64,000 nt of DNA from Candidatus Bathyarchaeota archaeon (GCA_963739305.1 CAVTZU010000023.1:1-64000); one strand, 5' to 3'; counted from the first letter of the stretch, positions 51,749-62,654 are shown. The notes: generated from the letters alone by a model not told the origin. A program made the numbers and translations.

Positions 51749-52576
51749 TTGACCGAAGCATTTTCACCGCGAAAATACATGAGAGACTTGAAGTATCCTT
51801 TCTGCGCAGGATGTGGACTATTCTCAATCAACGATGCATTCCTTAGAGCCGTTCACGAACTAGGACACGAAAACTTCGCCAAATTCTGCTTCACAAGCGG
51901 CATAGGCTGCTCCTCCTGGATTCCATCGCCCTACTACATGGCCGACTCTGTCCACACTCTGCACGGAAGAAGCATACCGCCAGCTACGAGCATAAAACTC
52001 GTGCATCCAGACCTGAACGTCGTCGTCTTCGGGGGAGACGGAGACATAGTCGGCATAGGCTTAAGCCACTTTGTCCACGCGGCGAGAAGAAACACAGACA
52101 TACTCGTCGTAATGGGCAACAACATGGTCTACGGAATGACAGGCGGCCAAGTCGCCCCAACAACCCCATTCCACACGAAAACAACCACGTCACCGTACGG
52201 CAGCTTCGAACACCCAATAGACGCAGCAAAGCTAGCAATCGCAGCTGGCGCCGCATACTCTGCACGATGGACAACCGCACACTTAACTGAACTGAAGGAA
52301 TCATTTAAGAAAGCGCTGCCCATGAAGGGTTTCAGGTTCGTCGAAGTAGTCACACACTGCCCTACAGCCTATGGCAGAAGAGCAGGGTTCAAAGACATCG
52401 CTCAAATGCTCAAACACTTCAAAGAAAGCGCCGTCACATTTGACCAAGCCGAAAAAATGAGCCCAGAAGAACTGGAAAGAAAAATCGTCATCGGAGAACT
52501 TGTGGGTCCGAAACGAACAACGCTCGTAGAAGCAGTTTACAGCATGATGAAGGAGGCAAAAGAAAATGCCGAATAA
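51749..52576 (+). CDS. korB: 2-oxoacid:ferredoxin oxidoreductase beta
   Basis: FCAGCG, SGIGCS, GGDGD, YGMTGGQ. Confidence 0.92.
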   Translation: MTEAFSPRKYMRDLKYPFCAGCGLFSINDAFLRAVHELGHENFAKFCFTSGIGCSSWIPSPYYMADSVHTLHGRSIPPATSIKLVHPDLNVVVFGGDGDIVGIGLSHFVHAARRNTDILVVMGNNMVYGMTGGQVAPTTPFHTKTTTSPYGSFEHPIDAAKLAIAAGAAYSARWTTAHLTELKESFKKALPMKGFRFVEVVTHCPTAYGRRAGFKDIAQMLKHFKESAVTFDQAEKMSPEELERKIVIGELVGPKRTTLVEAVYSMMKEAKENAE

Positions 52577-53093
52577 AACAGAAATCAGAATCGGCGGAAG
52601 CGGCGGACAAGGAGTAGTCCTCGCCGCACAAATACTGGGCAAGGCAGCGGTACTGGACGGCAAGAATGCCCTGCAGACTCAAGCCTACGGGGCGGAAGCA
52701 AGAGGAAGCCTCGCCAAAAGCGAAGTCATAATCTCTGACGGTAAAATCGGGTTCCCAGCAGTAAGAAAACCCGACATACTAGTCGCCATGAACCAAGAAG
52801 CCTTAGACAAACTGCTCAAAGATTTGAAGGAAAACGGAACGTTGATAGTCGACAGCACCAACGTAACGGCAATCCCTGAAACAAAAGCAAAACTGCACAA
52901 TCTGCCGATAACGGAAACCGCCAAAAAAACGTTTGGCGAAGCCATCTACGCAAACATGGTCATGCTGGGAATACTAACGAAGATCTCCAAACTGGTCTCC
53001 GAGCAATCGATGGAGAAAACAATCGAGGCAAACGTCTCCGCAAAAACCGTAGAAAACAACATAAACGCCTTCAAAAAAGGTATGCAACTCTAA
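52566..53093 (+). CDS. 2-oxoacid:ferredoxin oxidoreductase gamma
   Basis: GSGGQG, YGAEARG, NMVMLG. Confidence 0.92.
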   Translation: MPNKTEIRIGGSGGQGVVLAAQILGKAAVLDGKNALQTQAYGAEARGSLAKSEVIISDGKIGFPAVRKPDILVAMNQEALDKLLKDLKENGTLIVDSTNVTAIPETKAKLHNLPITETAKKTFGEAIYANMVMLGILTKISKLVSEQSMEKTIEANVSAKTVENNINAFKKGMQL

Positions 53094-53195
53094 ACAGTTG
53101 CCAACCGAAAACGCCTTTTTTCAAGAACACCTAAAATAGCAATCTAGAGATAAGACTAGGAAGCGAACTCATTAATGATTAGTTGAGGTTTCAAC

Positions 53196-54302
53196 GTGAA
53201 ATATGAAGTCAAATGCTCAACATGCAACACCATTTCAGAGAACCTTCTAGATTTCGAATGTCCATCATGTGGCGGACCGTTAGACGTGCAGCTTCACTTC
53301 GGTTTCAAAGACACGGATATCTGCAAGGACCGTCACTCGGTCTGGCGGTACAGGAAATTCTTCCCATACCTTGAAGAAAAAAGCATCATAACTCTGGGCG
53401 AAGGATGGACGCCCCTGGTGCAGTTCAGCGAGAACGTTCATATGAAGCTTGAAAACCTCAACCCAACAGGTTCCTTCAAAGACAGAGGATCAGCAGTGCT
53501 CATCTCCGCAATTCACAGAGCGATAAAAGAGCAGAAAGGATACGTTTCTGAAGATTCATCAGGAAACGCGGGCGCCTCGATGGCTGCTTACGCGGCTCGC
53601 GCTGGAATCAAGGCAAAGATATACGTTCCAGAGACCGTTTCTGGTCCAAAGTTCAATCAAATCCAATGGTACGGCGCAGAAATAATCAAAGTTGCCGGAA
53701 GCCGAAGTAGAGTTGCGGAAGAAGCCCAGAAACCCGAGCCGGGAAAATTTTACACGGGCCATATCCTTCATCCGCTGTTCCGAGACGGAATCAGAAGCTT
53801 AGCCTACGAAATGGCTGAGCAATGCCACTGGAGAATTCCAGATTACATATTCATGCCGGTCTCTGCAGGAACACTGTTGCTAGGCGTCATAGCCGGATTC
53901 AGACATCTTGCAGAATCAGATAGAATCAAGTCGCTGCCGACGATTGTGGCTTGTCAAACGGCACAAGTGTCTCCGCTCTATCACTTATTCAAGAACTTGG
54001 ATTACACTGCTCCAAAAACAGTGACGTCAATCGCCGATGCACTCGTAAGCAACGACCCACCGCTCCTTGAACTCATGCACAAGAGTCTAAAAGCTGCCCA
54101 TGGAGACGCCGTGATGGTTGAAGAAAAAGAAATAGCAGATGCTCACAAAGAACTTGCGAGGAAAGGCTTCTTCGTTGAACCAAGCTCAGCCGTCGCTTAT
54201 GCAGGCTATAAGAGGCAGCTGAAGGATAAACAAATAGCAAAAGACCTCAGTGCAGTGCTGATTTTGACCGGAATGGGTTTGAAAACAACTCTAACGCCTT
54301 GA
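53196..54302 (+). CDS. thrC: Threonine synthase-like PLP enzyme
   Basis: N-terminal Zn ribbon, NPTGSFKDRG, SSGNAG, VEPSSA. Confidence 0.8.
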   Translation: MKYEVKCSTCNTISENLLDFECPSCGGPLDVQLHFGFKDTDICKDRHSVWRYRKFFPYLEEKSIITLGEGWTPLVQFSENVHMKLENLNPTGSFKDRGSAVLISAIHRAIKEQKGYVSEDSSGNAGASMAAYAARAGIKAKIYVPETVSGPKFNQIQWYGAEIIKVAGSRSRVAEEAQKPEPGKFYTGHILHPLFRDGIRSLAYEMAEQCHWRIPDYIFMPVSAGTLLLGVIAGFRHLAESDRIKSLPTIVACQTAQVSPLYHLFKNLDYTAPKTVTSIADALVSNDPPLLELMHKSLKAAHGDAVMVEEKEIADAHKELARKGFFVEPSSAVAYAGYKRQLKDKQIAKDLSAVLILTGMGLKTTLTP

Positions 54303-54418
54303 TGTTCTCATGTCTCAAGAGTTTACCATGGAAACCTAGCTTCCTACACATTCCTTTAGAAAAACTTATATTAGGAGGCTGTTTTTCATTGAGACGCAAA
54401 AGGAGGATTGTTTAAGAC

Positions 54419-56081
54419 TTGTCACAACAATCAGCTGGCGGTGTTCCAGTACTAGTCTTAAAAGAAGGCTCAAATCGTTCAAGAGGAAAGGAAGCACTAC
54501 ACACGAACATCGAAGCTGCACGAATTGTAGCTGAGACAGTGAAGAGTTCACTCGGACCAAAGGGAATGGATAAAATGCTCGTTGACAGTTTCGGCGACGT
54601 CACCATAACAAGCGACGGCCGCACAATACTTGATGAAATGGACATTCAACATCCAGCAGCCAAAATGATGCTTGAAGTGGCAAAAACGCAAGATAACGAA
54701 GCCGGAGACGGGACAACAACGGCCGTTATTATATCCGGTGAACTGCTCAACAAAGCTCAGGAATTAATCGAAAGAAACGTTCACCCAACAATCATTATTG
54801 ATGGATACAAGAAAGCAGCTGAAAAAGCTCTTGAAGTTTTGGAAGACATTGCAATCAAGATAGATCCAGATCACAACAGACTACCCGAAGAAAGTCGCAA
54901 TGACGTCGATGGCAAGCAAACTCGTTGCGGACCACAGAGAATACTTGGCTGACATCGCAGTCAAAGCAATGCTGGCAGTTGCTGAAAAAGACGGAGACAA
55001 ATACAAAGCAGATGTTGACGACGTGAAGGTCGAAAAGAAACCAGGTGAATCCGTTCGAGACACAAAACTCATTCAAGGAATAGTCCTCGACAAAGAAGTC
55101 GCCCACTCTGGAATGCCCAAGCGAATCGAAAGAGCCAAAATAGCCTTACTTGATGCTGCACTGGAGATCGAGAAAACCGAGTTCGACGCGAAAATAAACA
55201 TCGAAAGCCCCGAACAAATGGAGAGCTTTCTCAAACAAGAAGAAGACATGCTTCACGAAATGGTCGACAAGATAGTCAAGTCTGGCGCAAACGTCGTCCT
55301 CACAGAAAAAGGCATAGACGACATGGCACAGCACTTCATGGCCAGAAAGGGAATACTCGCAGTCAGAAGAAACAAGAAGTCGGACATGGAAAAACTCGCC
55401 AAAGCAACCGGCGGAAAGGTAGTAACTAACTTAGATGGAATAACATCTGCAGATCTCGGTTACGCAGCACTCGTCGAAGAACGCAAGATAGGCGACGACA
55501 AAATGACTTTCATAGAAGGATGCAAACACCCCAAAGCCGTGACCATACTGATCAGAGGCGGAACTCAACGCATCGTCGACGAAGCCGAACGTTCAGTACA
55601 CGATGCACTCTGCGTGGTCAGAGACGTAATTGAAGAACCAAAAATCGTAGCTGGAGGAGGATCCGCCGAGCTGGAAGTTTCACGCATGCTGAAGAAATAC
55701 GCGGAAACCCTTCCGGGAAGAGAACAACTCGCCGTCAGGGCATTCGCAGAAGCTCTTGAAGCCATACCGCTCACGTTGACTGAAAACGCTGGACTGGATC
55801 CAATCGACATTATCTCCGAACTGAGAGTTAGACACGAAAAAGGCGAAACATGGGCAGGAATCGAAGTCATCAACGGAAAAGCCCAAGACATGACCAAAGC
55901 AGGAGTGTACGAGCCGTTGGCGGTCAAGAAACAGATCATTAAGTCGGCAACGGAAGCTTCCACGATGATACTGAAGATTGACGACGTCATTGCAGCAGGA
56001 AAAATGAGGACTCCCCCGACACCCCCAGGCGGACCAGGCGGCATGGGAGGCGGCGGCTACCCAGGAATGGGGGAGTACTAG
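54419..56081 (+). CDS. ths: Thermosome (group II chaperonin) subunit (frameshift near 54872)
   Basis: [28 protein letters not shown] tail. Confidence 0.95.
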
Positions 56082-56342
56082 ATAACGCCTGAACAAAGCA
56101 AAATCACAGTTGGACCACCAAAAATCACTCGCTTCGAAAAGGCAAGAATAGTGGGAGCCAGAGCACTCCAAATATCAATGGGAGCTCCCATATTAATCGA
56201 TTCCAAACAAGGCTTCACAGGACCAATAGACATAGCACTCAAAGAATTCGCCGCGAACATTTTACCGATGACCATCAGACGAACGCTGCCGGATCAAACG
56301 TACCAAGACATTCCGTTGAAGTGGCTCTTAGAAGAGCACTAA
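56082..56342 (+). CDS. rpoK: RNA polymerase subunit K (Rpo6), probable ATA start
   Basis: [21 protein letters not shown]; the conserved region begins upstream of the first GTG. Confidence 0.92.
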   Translation: MTPEQSKITVGPPKITRFEKARIVGARALQISMGAPILIDSKQGFTGPIDIALKEFAANILPMTIRRTLPDQTYQDIPLKWLLEEH

Positions 56343-56345
56343 AAC

Positions 56346-56834
56346 TCAATTTTCTTTTTCTTCTTTCTTCAAAATCTCTCTTGCAGCGCTAAGGGATCTC
56401 CTGATCTTAGTCCAATGCGCTCCTTGCCAATAGACTTGTCCACAATTTGAACACCGCCAAAAATCCGTGTAATGTTCAAGCGTGTTCTTTTCAACCGTTT
56501 TCTCGGCTTCTTCTTTTGAGATTGGCTTCACGAGAAAGTTGCACTTGGGACATCTCGATGAACTCATGTCTATCTCAAGCGGAATTCCATATCGTTCTGC
56601 AAGCTCAGCAAGTTTCTCATCTCCCGTGGCACCTTCCAGATAGAAAGCGTCAAGCCCCTTGCCTATAGCGCGTTGATAGAGTTCGAAATCCCGCGTAAGC
56701 AAGATTCTTTGTTCATTCTTGGCTTTGGCCAAAAGCTCCGCATCGTCCGCGTTGTTCGAATACTCGACGTCCTGTCCCAGCATGCGAAGCCAGCGCGTCA
56801 ATTTGCCAAGCATGCCGTCTGCGACGAACCTCAA
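56346..56834 (-). CDS. Mut7-C RNase (PIN + Zn ribbon)
   Basis: FVADGMLGKLTRWLR, LLTRD, RCPKCN, CSNCGQVYWQGAH. Confidence 0.92.
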   Translation of the reverse strand: MRFVADGMLGKLTRWLRMLGQDVEYSNNADDAELLAKAKNEQRILLTRDFELYQRAIGKGLDAFYLEGATGDEKLAELAERYGIPLEIDMSSSRCPKCNFLVKPISKEEAEKTVEKNTLEHYTDFWRCSNCGQVYWQGAHWTKIRRSLSAAREILKKEEKEN

Positions 56835-58180
56835 ACGGTGATCTCTCTCCGGAGTACCGTGCCAGTTCCTGGTTTAGCAACTATTTCGCCTTCATCGATG
56901 ACTAGTCGTCCGTTAATGTAGGTTTTCACGGGTTTTCCCGTGACTTCACGACCGTCAAAGGGCGAATACTTGGCTTTAGACAGGAACTTTGAAGAGTCAA
57001 TCTCGTACTTCCTGTAAAGATCAACAACGGTCAAGTCGCCATCGTTCCCCTCCCTCAAACGTCCCTTCCTTCTCAGCTGAAGAATCTCTGCGGGCTTCTC
57101 AGCCAGGAGCCTCACGAGTTCTCCCAACGCTAAACGTCCACGATTTACTTCAGTCAAAAGCAACGGCAAAGTCGTCTCCAGACCAGGTATGCCAACCTTA
57201 ACGTCCCAAACAGATTCAGCTTCCTTTTCTTTCGACAAATGAGGCGCGTGGTCTGACGCCAACACATCGATAGACCCGTTCCTTACTCCTTTCCACAACG
57301 CTTCGATGTGCCGCCTATCGCGGACGGGCGGCATGCTCACACAAAGCATCCCTATTCTTTTCAAGTCATCAGATGAGAGAAGCAGGTTATGAGGGGTCGC
57401 TTCACAAGACAGGTTCAACCCTGACTCCTTTGCTTCTACGATCGCACTCAACCCTTCCTCCGTGCTGATGTGGCAGAAGTGCAGTTGAACCCCTGACTGC
57501 CTGACGATATTCAACACGCGCTCCACTGCTTTCAATTCAACGCCCTCAGAATGGGCTTTCAGGAAAGCTGCAACGTCATTCCGTTTTCCCTTCTTCAAGG
57601 CGTCCTCAGCTCTTTTCAACATCTCTTTGTCTTCTGCATGAACAGCAACTGACGCGCCGAATCCGGCCACAGTCTTGAACGCCTCGATTATGCCATCATC
57701 GTTGTCCAGATCGAGCCCGCCGACCTGCTCTGCCATGAAAAGTTTGAACCCAAGAGCACCTTGCTGAACTATCGATTCAACGTCTTTGAGATTTCTCGGA
57801 AATTCAGAGCGAAAACCAACATTCACAAGCACTTTTCTCTCTGCGATGTTCATTCGATTTCGAAGCGTTTCAGAACTCATCGTCACCGGATCATTGTTCG
57901 GCATATCAACAACTGTCGCGAACCCCCCAGCTGCGGCCGCCGATGTTCCGCTGTAGAAGTCTTCTTTGCGCGACTTGCCTTCGTCTCTAAGATGCACGTG
58001 AGCGTCAATAAGACCTGGAAGTACAAGTTGATTCTTCAAATCCATTCTTGAATCTGCCTTTGGCATGTTTGCATCTTTGCCTATCTTGAAAATCCTGCCA
58101 TTGTCGATAGCGATGCTGCAATCTACTATGTCTTCTTTGAAGTATGCTTTGGCATTAGACAACACCGAGTCAGCTATCAT
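56831..58180 (-). CDS. pyrC: Dihydroorotase
   Basis: DAHVHLR, DMPN, ATPH, SDHAPH, GLET. Confidence 0.85.
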   Translation of the reverse strand: MIADSVLSNAKAYFKEDIVDCSIAIDNGRIFKIGKDANMPKADSRMDLKNQLVLPGLIDAHVHLRDEGKSRKEDFYSGTSAAAAGGFATVVDMPNNDPVTMSSETLRNRMNIAERKVLVNVGFRSEFPRNLKDVESIVQQGALGFKLFMAEQVGGLDLDNDDGIIEAFKTVAGFGASVAVHAEDKEMLKRAEDALKKGKRNDVAAFLKAHSEGVELKAVERVLNIVRQSGVQLHFCHISTEEGLSAIVEAKESGLNLSCEATPHNLLLSSDDLKRIGMLCVSMPPVRDRRHIEALWKGVRNGSIDVLASDHAPHLSKEKEAESVWDVKVGIPGLETTLPLLLTEVNRGRLALGELVRLLAEKPAEILQLRRKGRLREGNDGDLTVVDLYRKYEIDSSKFLSKAKYSPFDGREVTGKPVKTYINGRLVIDEGEIVAKPGTGTVLRREITV

Positions 58181-58464
58181 TCGTAATCATTTCCTTCATT
58201 TTTTCTGAAACTTCGGAATCGAGCTCAGAAATCAGTTTTTCATCACTTCCCTATCCAAGCAGAAATAGGCCTATTAAACTATTCACTATTTTCAACAAAT
58301 CCGTAGAAAGTGGAGCTTCAACATGCATTCACGCGCGCGCTATTTGGAAATGAAAAAAGAAAAAGCAAACTAACAGAAACCTATAGTTCTTTTTCCTCTC
58401 CATCGTAACGCTCTTATCTTGAACTACCGAAATACTCGACTTGACAGAAAAATGATTTGGGACC

Positions 58465-59589
58465 GTGACAATTTTGGAGCATGCTAACGTAGTCATCATT
58501 GGTGCCGGCGTCGTGGGACTCGCAGTCGCCGCAAAAATCTCAGAAACGAATGAATCCGTCTACATCTTCGAAAAGAACATACGATTCGGTCAAGAAACAA
58601 GCGGCCATAACAGCGCTGTCATACACTCAGGCATTCATTATCCCAAAAACTCCCTGAAAGCCAAGCTCTGCGTGAAAGGAAACAAAATGCTCTACGAACT
58701 GTGCGAGAAACACAATATCCCCTTCAAAAGACTGGGCAAACTCACGGTGGCAGTCGGCGAAGAAGAACTGGACGAAATAGAAAAGCTGATGAAACAAGGA
58801 ACAGACAACGGAGTCGAAGGCATGAGATTTCTAGACAAACAGGAAGTGAAAAAACTCGAAGACAACGTCGAAGTCGAGAGAGCTCTTATCACCCCCGCAA
58901 CTGGAATTCTAGAGCCGGATGAACTGATGAATCATTTCCATGCGCGACTGCGCAAGAACAACGCCGTTTTGGCCACTGAAACCGAGGTCACGAGCCTGAA
59001 GAAGACCGACAATGGGTTCGACATAAGCGGCACAAGCGTTGGCGAGAAGTTTCACATTAATGCTAAGACGGTGATAAACTGCGCCGGGCTCTACGCTGAC
59101 AGAATCGCCGCAATGATAGGCTTGGACGTCGACAGAATTGGTTACAGAATCCATCACGCCAAAGGAGACTACTACAGAGTTTCGGGAAAACCTCTCGTCA
59201 AAATGCTCGTCTATCCTGTTCCTAAAGGAGCTGGTCTAGGCATTCATCTGACACCCGACCTCACTGGATCAATCAGGCTCGGGCCAAACGCTTACTACGT
59301 CGATAAAATCGATTATTCCGTCGAATCTGGCGAGAAAGAATTCAGAGAAGATGTCGCTAGGTTCGTACCCAAGATTCTTGACCATGAAATCCGTCCGGAT
59401 TCTTCAGGAATAAGGCCCAAGCTTCAAGGACCCAAAGACGGATTCAAGGATTTTGTGATACGACATGAATCAGACAGAGGACTTTTCGGACTCGTGAACC
59501 TAGTGGGAATCGAATCACCAGGCTTGACAGCAGCTCCTGCGATAGCCGAGTTTGTCTCCGAAATCGTAGAAAACGAAATCAAGAGATAG
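58465..59589 (+). CDS. LhgO-like FAD-dependent oxidoreductase
   Basis: GAGVVG, TSGHNSAVIHSG, GIRPK, IESPGLT. Confidence 0.9.
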   Translation: MTILEHANVVIIGAGVVGLAVAAKISETNESVYIFEKNIRFGQETSGHNSAVIHSGIHYPKNSLKAKLCVKGNKMLYELCEKHNIPFKRLGKLTVAVGEEELDEIEKLMKQGTDNGVEGMRFLDKQEVKKLEDNVEVERALITPATGILEPDELMNHFHARLRKNNAVLATETEVTSLKKTDNGFDISGTSVGEKFHINAKTVINCAGLYADRIAAMIGLDVDRIGYRIHHAKGDYYRVSGKPLVKMLVYPVPKGAGLGIHLTPDLTGSIRLGPNAYYVDKIDYSVESGEKEFREDVARFVPKILDHEIRPDSSGIRPKLQGPKDGFKDFVIRHESDRGLFGLVNLVGIESPGLTAAPAIAEFVSEIVENEIKR

Positions 59590-59801
59590 GCTTCCACAGT
59601 TCTGAGCTAAAAGAGACTAAACAAGATCGACAAAGCAAGAGCAGTTGGACAGTTCGTCACGAAACTCGGCGTTTCTCAAAGTCCAAATCTTTCTTTTCGG
59701 AACCATTAGCACTCCAAAGATGCGAACTCAGCAGGTTCGTGCTATGTTCCCAATATCACCCGCTGGTCAAATTTTGCCGATCACTGATTTACAAACGAGG
59801 G

Positions 59802-60725
59802 TCAGATGCTCATCACAACTTTCGCCAGGTGAACAGAATCCTGAATGCTCTTCATCACAGTTTCAGTCACCTTGACTTTAACGCCTAGACCCTCAATGCG
59901 GCCGCCTTCAAATTCATCGGCCTTGTCAATAACCAAGTGGTCAATTATGTCGTTATAGAAATTCGCGACGCCATACGCAGACGGTTCGAAACCCATGCTA
60001 GCCATAATCCTGTCAGCAGGTCCCTTCAATGCCTTCCCGCCGACAATCGGACTCACGCTTACAACGCACCCTTTGCTTCGCCTCAACTCGTCTCTGAAAC
60101 CTGGAATCGACAACATAGGTCCGACACTCAATATTGGGTTGCTCGGACAGATTACTATACGTTCAGCCCTCCTAATTGCTTCAAGAATGCCAGGCGCTGG
60201 TCTCGCTTCTGAATGCCCCTCATACGACACGCCAGTGACCACGTCTCTCGCTCCTCTCTTCACAAAGTACTCCTGAAAATCCAGCTGCAATTGATTCGAC
60301 AGAACCTTCGTCCTCACTGGATCATCACTCATCGGAACCAGTTTGGCACTCACACCTAACACTTCACAGAGCTTGGCCGTCACCTGAGAAAGTGTAACGC
60401 CGTGTCTAAGCAAATCAGTTCTAGAAATCTGGATGGCCAAGTCTTGGTCACCAAGCTTAAACCATGTTTCGAACCCCAGCCTCTCTAACATGTCCAGGCA
60501 ATAGAACGTGTCTTGAGCTACCCCCCAGCCTCGCTTTTCGTCGACGATTCCCGCCAAAGTGAAAGTGACGATATCCAAATCCGGACTTACGTGGAGACCG
60601 TACATCTCAAAATCGTCACCCGTGTTTCCGACAATCATCAGATCCTCTGGCGAAACCACCTGAACTAGTCCTCTTAGTAGCTTAGCCGCGCCGACTCCGC
60701 CAGCGAGAGCCACAACAAAACCCAT
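59802..60725 (-). CDS. cofD: 2-phospho-L-lactate transferase
   Basis: LAGGVGAAK, NTGDD, SPDLD, FQEYFV, PSNP, KGPA. Confidence 0.95.
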   Translation of the reverse strand: MGFVVALAGGVGAAKLLRGLVQVVSPEDLMIVGNTGDDFEMYGLHVSPDLDIVTFTLAGIVDEKRGWGVAQDTFYCLDMLERLGFETWFKLGDQDLAIQISRTDLLRHGVTLSQVTAKLCEVLGVSAKLVPMSDDPVRTKVLSNQLQLDFQEYFVKRGARDVVTGVSYEGHSEARPAPGILEAIRRAERIVICPSNPILSVGPMLSIPGFRDELRRSKGCVVSVSPIVGGKALKGPADRIMASMGFEPSAYGVANFYNDIIDHLVIDKADEFEGGRIEGLGVKVKVTETVMKSIQDSVHLAKVVMSI

Positions 60726-60934
60726 AAGCCATTCACCTCTTGGAACGATTTCCAGGCTTCACAACATATTATTGACCCTTACTCTTAAAGCTCAGCACGA
60801 AATACCACGATGAGGTTGTTGACTTGGAACTCGTTCAAACCATCAAGTTTCGCAGAAGCATAAGAAAATCATAAGTTAAAGTTTTGCAAAGAAGTACGAG
60901 ATATCGACACCACCAGTTGGAGAGGTTGCTTCTC

Positions 60935-61693
60935 ATGAAAAGAATCCAAATAATCGCGGTTGAAGACTTACCCATCATAAAGACAGGAGACAAAATAGCC
61001 GAACTCATCTGCACTGCAGCTAAAAAACAGGGTACTCCACTACAAGATGGAGATGTCGTCGTGATCACCCACTGCATCGTCTCACGCGCCGAAGGAAACA
61101 TCGTTGACCTAGACACTGTTGTCCCATCCGAATTTGCAAAGGCAATTGCAGATCAATATGAAAAAGACCCAGCACTGGTTGAAACGGTTCTCCGCGAATC
61201 AAAGAGCATCGTCCGAATGGGTAACGGGAACCTCATAACAGAAACCAGACATGGGTTCATCTGCGCAAACTCTGGTGTAGATCGATCAAACGTTAATGGA
61301 GATAGAAAAGTCGCCCTGTTGCCGAAAAACCCGGATAAATCAGCACAAGCAATCAGAAAGGAAATCAAAAGGTCGACGAACTGTGATGTTGCCGTCATAA
61401 TCTCAGACACACATGGACGCGCATTAAGAATGGGTGAGATAAACGTGGCAGTAGGGTTGGCTGGCATAAAGCCGATAAGGGACAGAAGGGGAGAAAGAGA
61501 CCTGTTCGGGTATGTCTTGAGAGTGAAGCAAACTGCAATAGCAGACGAGCTTTGTTCTGCAGCAGAACTTGTCATAGGACAAGCAAACGAAGGGATACCT
61601 GTCGCAATAATCCGAGGATACAACTACCCAAGGTCTGAAGACGCGAGTGCGACAGAGCTAGTGCGACCGAAGGAAAAAGACCTGTTCATTTGA
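60935..61693 (+). CDS. cofE: Coenzyme F420-0:L-glutamate ligase
   Basis: ANSGVDRSN, ISDTHGR, DLFGY, ADEL; divergent from cofD. Confidence 0.92.
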   Translation: MKRIQIIAVEDLPIIKTGDKIAELICTAAKKQGTPLQDGDVVVITHCIVSRAEGNIVDLDTVVPSEFAKAIADQYEKDPALVETVLRESKSIVRMGNGNLITETRHGFICANSGVDRSNVNGDRKVALLPKNPDKSAQAIRKEIKRSTNCDVAVIISDTHGRALRMGEINVAVGLAGIKPIRDRRGERDLFGYVLRVKQTAIADELCSAAELVIGQANEGIPVAIIRGYNYPRSEDASATELVRPKEKDLFI

Positions 61694-61729
61694 CTTTTGG
61701 AACAACGTTAGCTGAAGAAAAAACCGTTG

Positions 61730-62641
61730 TCACGCGATTATCTTGAAGAAGTCCCTTTCCGTGAATATCCCAACTAGCCTGCCATTCTTGACAACTGGAA
61801 CCGCTCCGATGTCCTTCTCCCGCATGATCTTTGCAGCTTGGCCAACATCGGTCTCGGGCTCCACTGTCCAAACGTTCTTTGATGCTATCTCAAGCGCGGG
61901 TGTCTCCAACACCTGGATCATCGTTCCCGACTTCAGATGCTTGAAAACGTCACCGCAGCCGAAGAAACGTATAATGTCCATCGCGGTCACTATACCCATG
62001 ACCTTGCCGTCAGAAACTATCGGCAGCCTTCTGAAACCTTGCGTTGTCATTGTTTTCTCAGCTTCAAAAATCGTGGTCTTCGGCAACGCTGTGACGACCT
62101 TCTCTGACATGAGCTGAGCCACTGTGACTCCGCTGGTTCTTTCGGCGAACAGAACCGCGATGTCTCTCTCGGTAACAATTGCCTTCAGGCAGTCTTTTTC
62201 ATCTACAACTGGCAAACCGCCGAGGTTAGACTCTTTCATCTTCTCGATGGCTTCACTGATCTTGGCCGAAGTCTTGATCGATACAACCTTCTGAGTCATA
62301 ATGAGCTTTATCGGCTCGTTCAAAGCCTTGAAAAAGTTTCCCCCGAACTTCTGCTGAATTATCTCAAACTTTTGCCCACCGCCAAGGTATTCAACTATGT
62401 CCGTGGCAGTCACGATGCCTTCCAAATGCTTGGTTCCAGGGTTAGTTATAGGAAGACGACGAAAACCCTCTTTCGCCATCTTCTGAATCGCGTCATAAAT
62501 TGGCGCAGTGGGCGAAACCATCGTCACAGGACTCTTCGCCACTGTAAGAATCTCGCCTTCATGTTTCTTGGAAGCACGAGCCTTCAAATCTAGTTGACCT
62601 GCTCCACGAAGCGTTCTCCTGAAGCTTTCCCTTTTCAACAA
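61730..62641 (-). CDS. Four-CBS-domain protein
   Basis: FRRLP, GIVTATD and repeated CBS motifs. Confidence 0.9.
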   Translation of the reverse strand: MLKRESFRRTLRGAGQLDLKARASKKHEGEILTVAKSPVTMVSPTAPIYDAIQKMAKEGFRRLPITNPGTKHLEGIVTATDIVEYLGGGQKFEIIQQKFGGNFFKALNEPIKLIMTQKVVSIKTSAKISEAIEKMKESNLGGLPVVDEKDCLKAIVTERDIAVLFAERTSGVTVAQLMSEKVVTALPKTTIFEAEKTMTTQGFRRLPIVSDGKVMGIVTAMDIIRFFGCGDVFKHLKSGTMIQVLETPALEIASKNVWTVEPETDVGQAAKIMREKDIGAVPVVKNGRLVGIFTERDFFKIIA

Positions 62642-62654
62642 TTCTCCCTCTCAA

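Noticed and set aside
54419-56081. Split thermosome as programmed frameshifting or two genes
   Set aside because: One extra base near 54872 restores a normal subunit; there is no slippery site, and similar indels occur throughout the window
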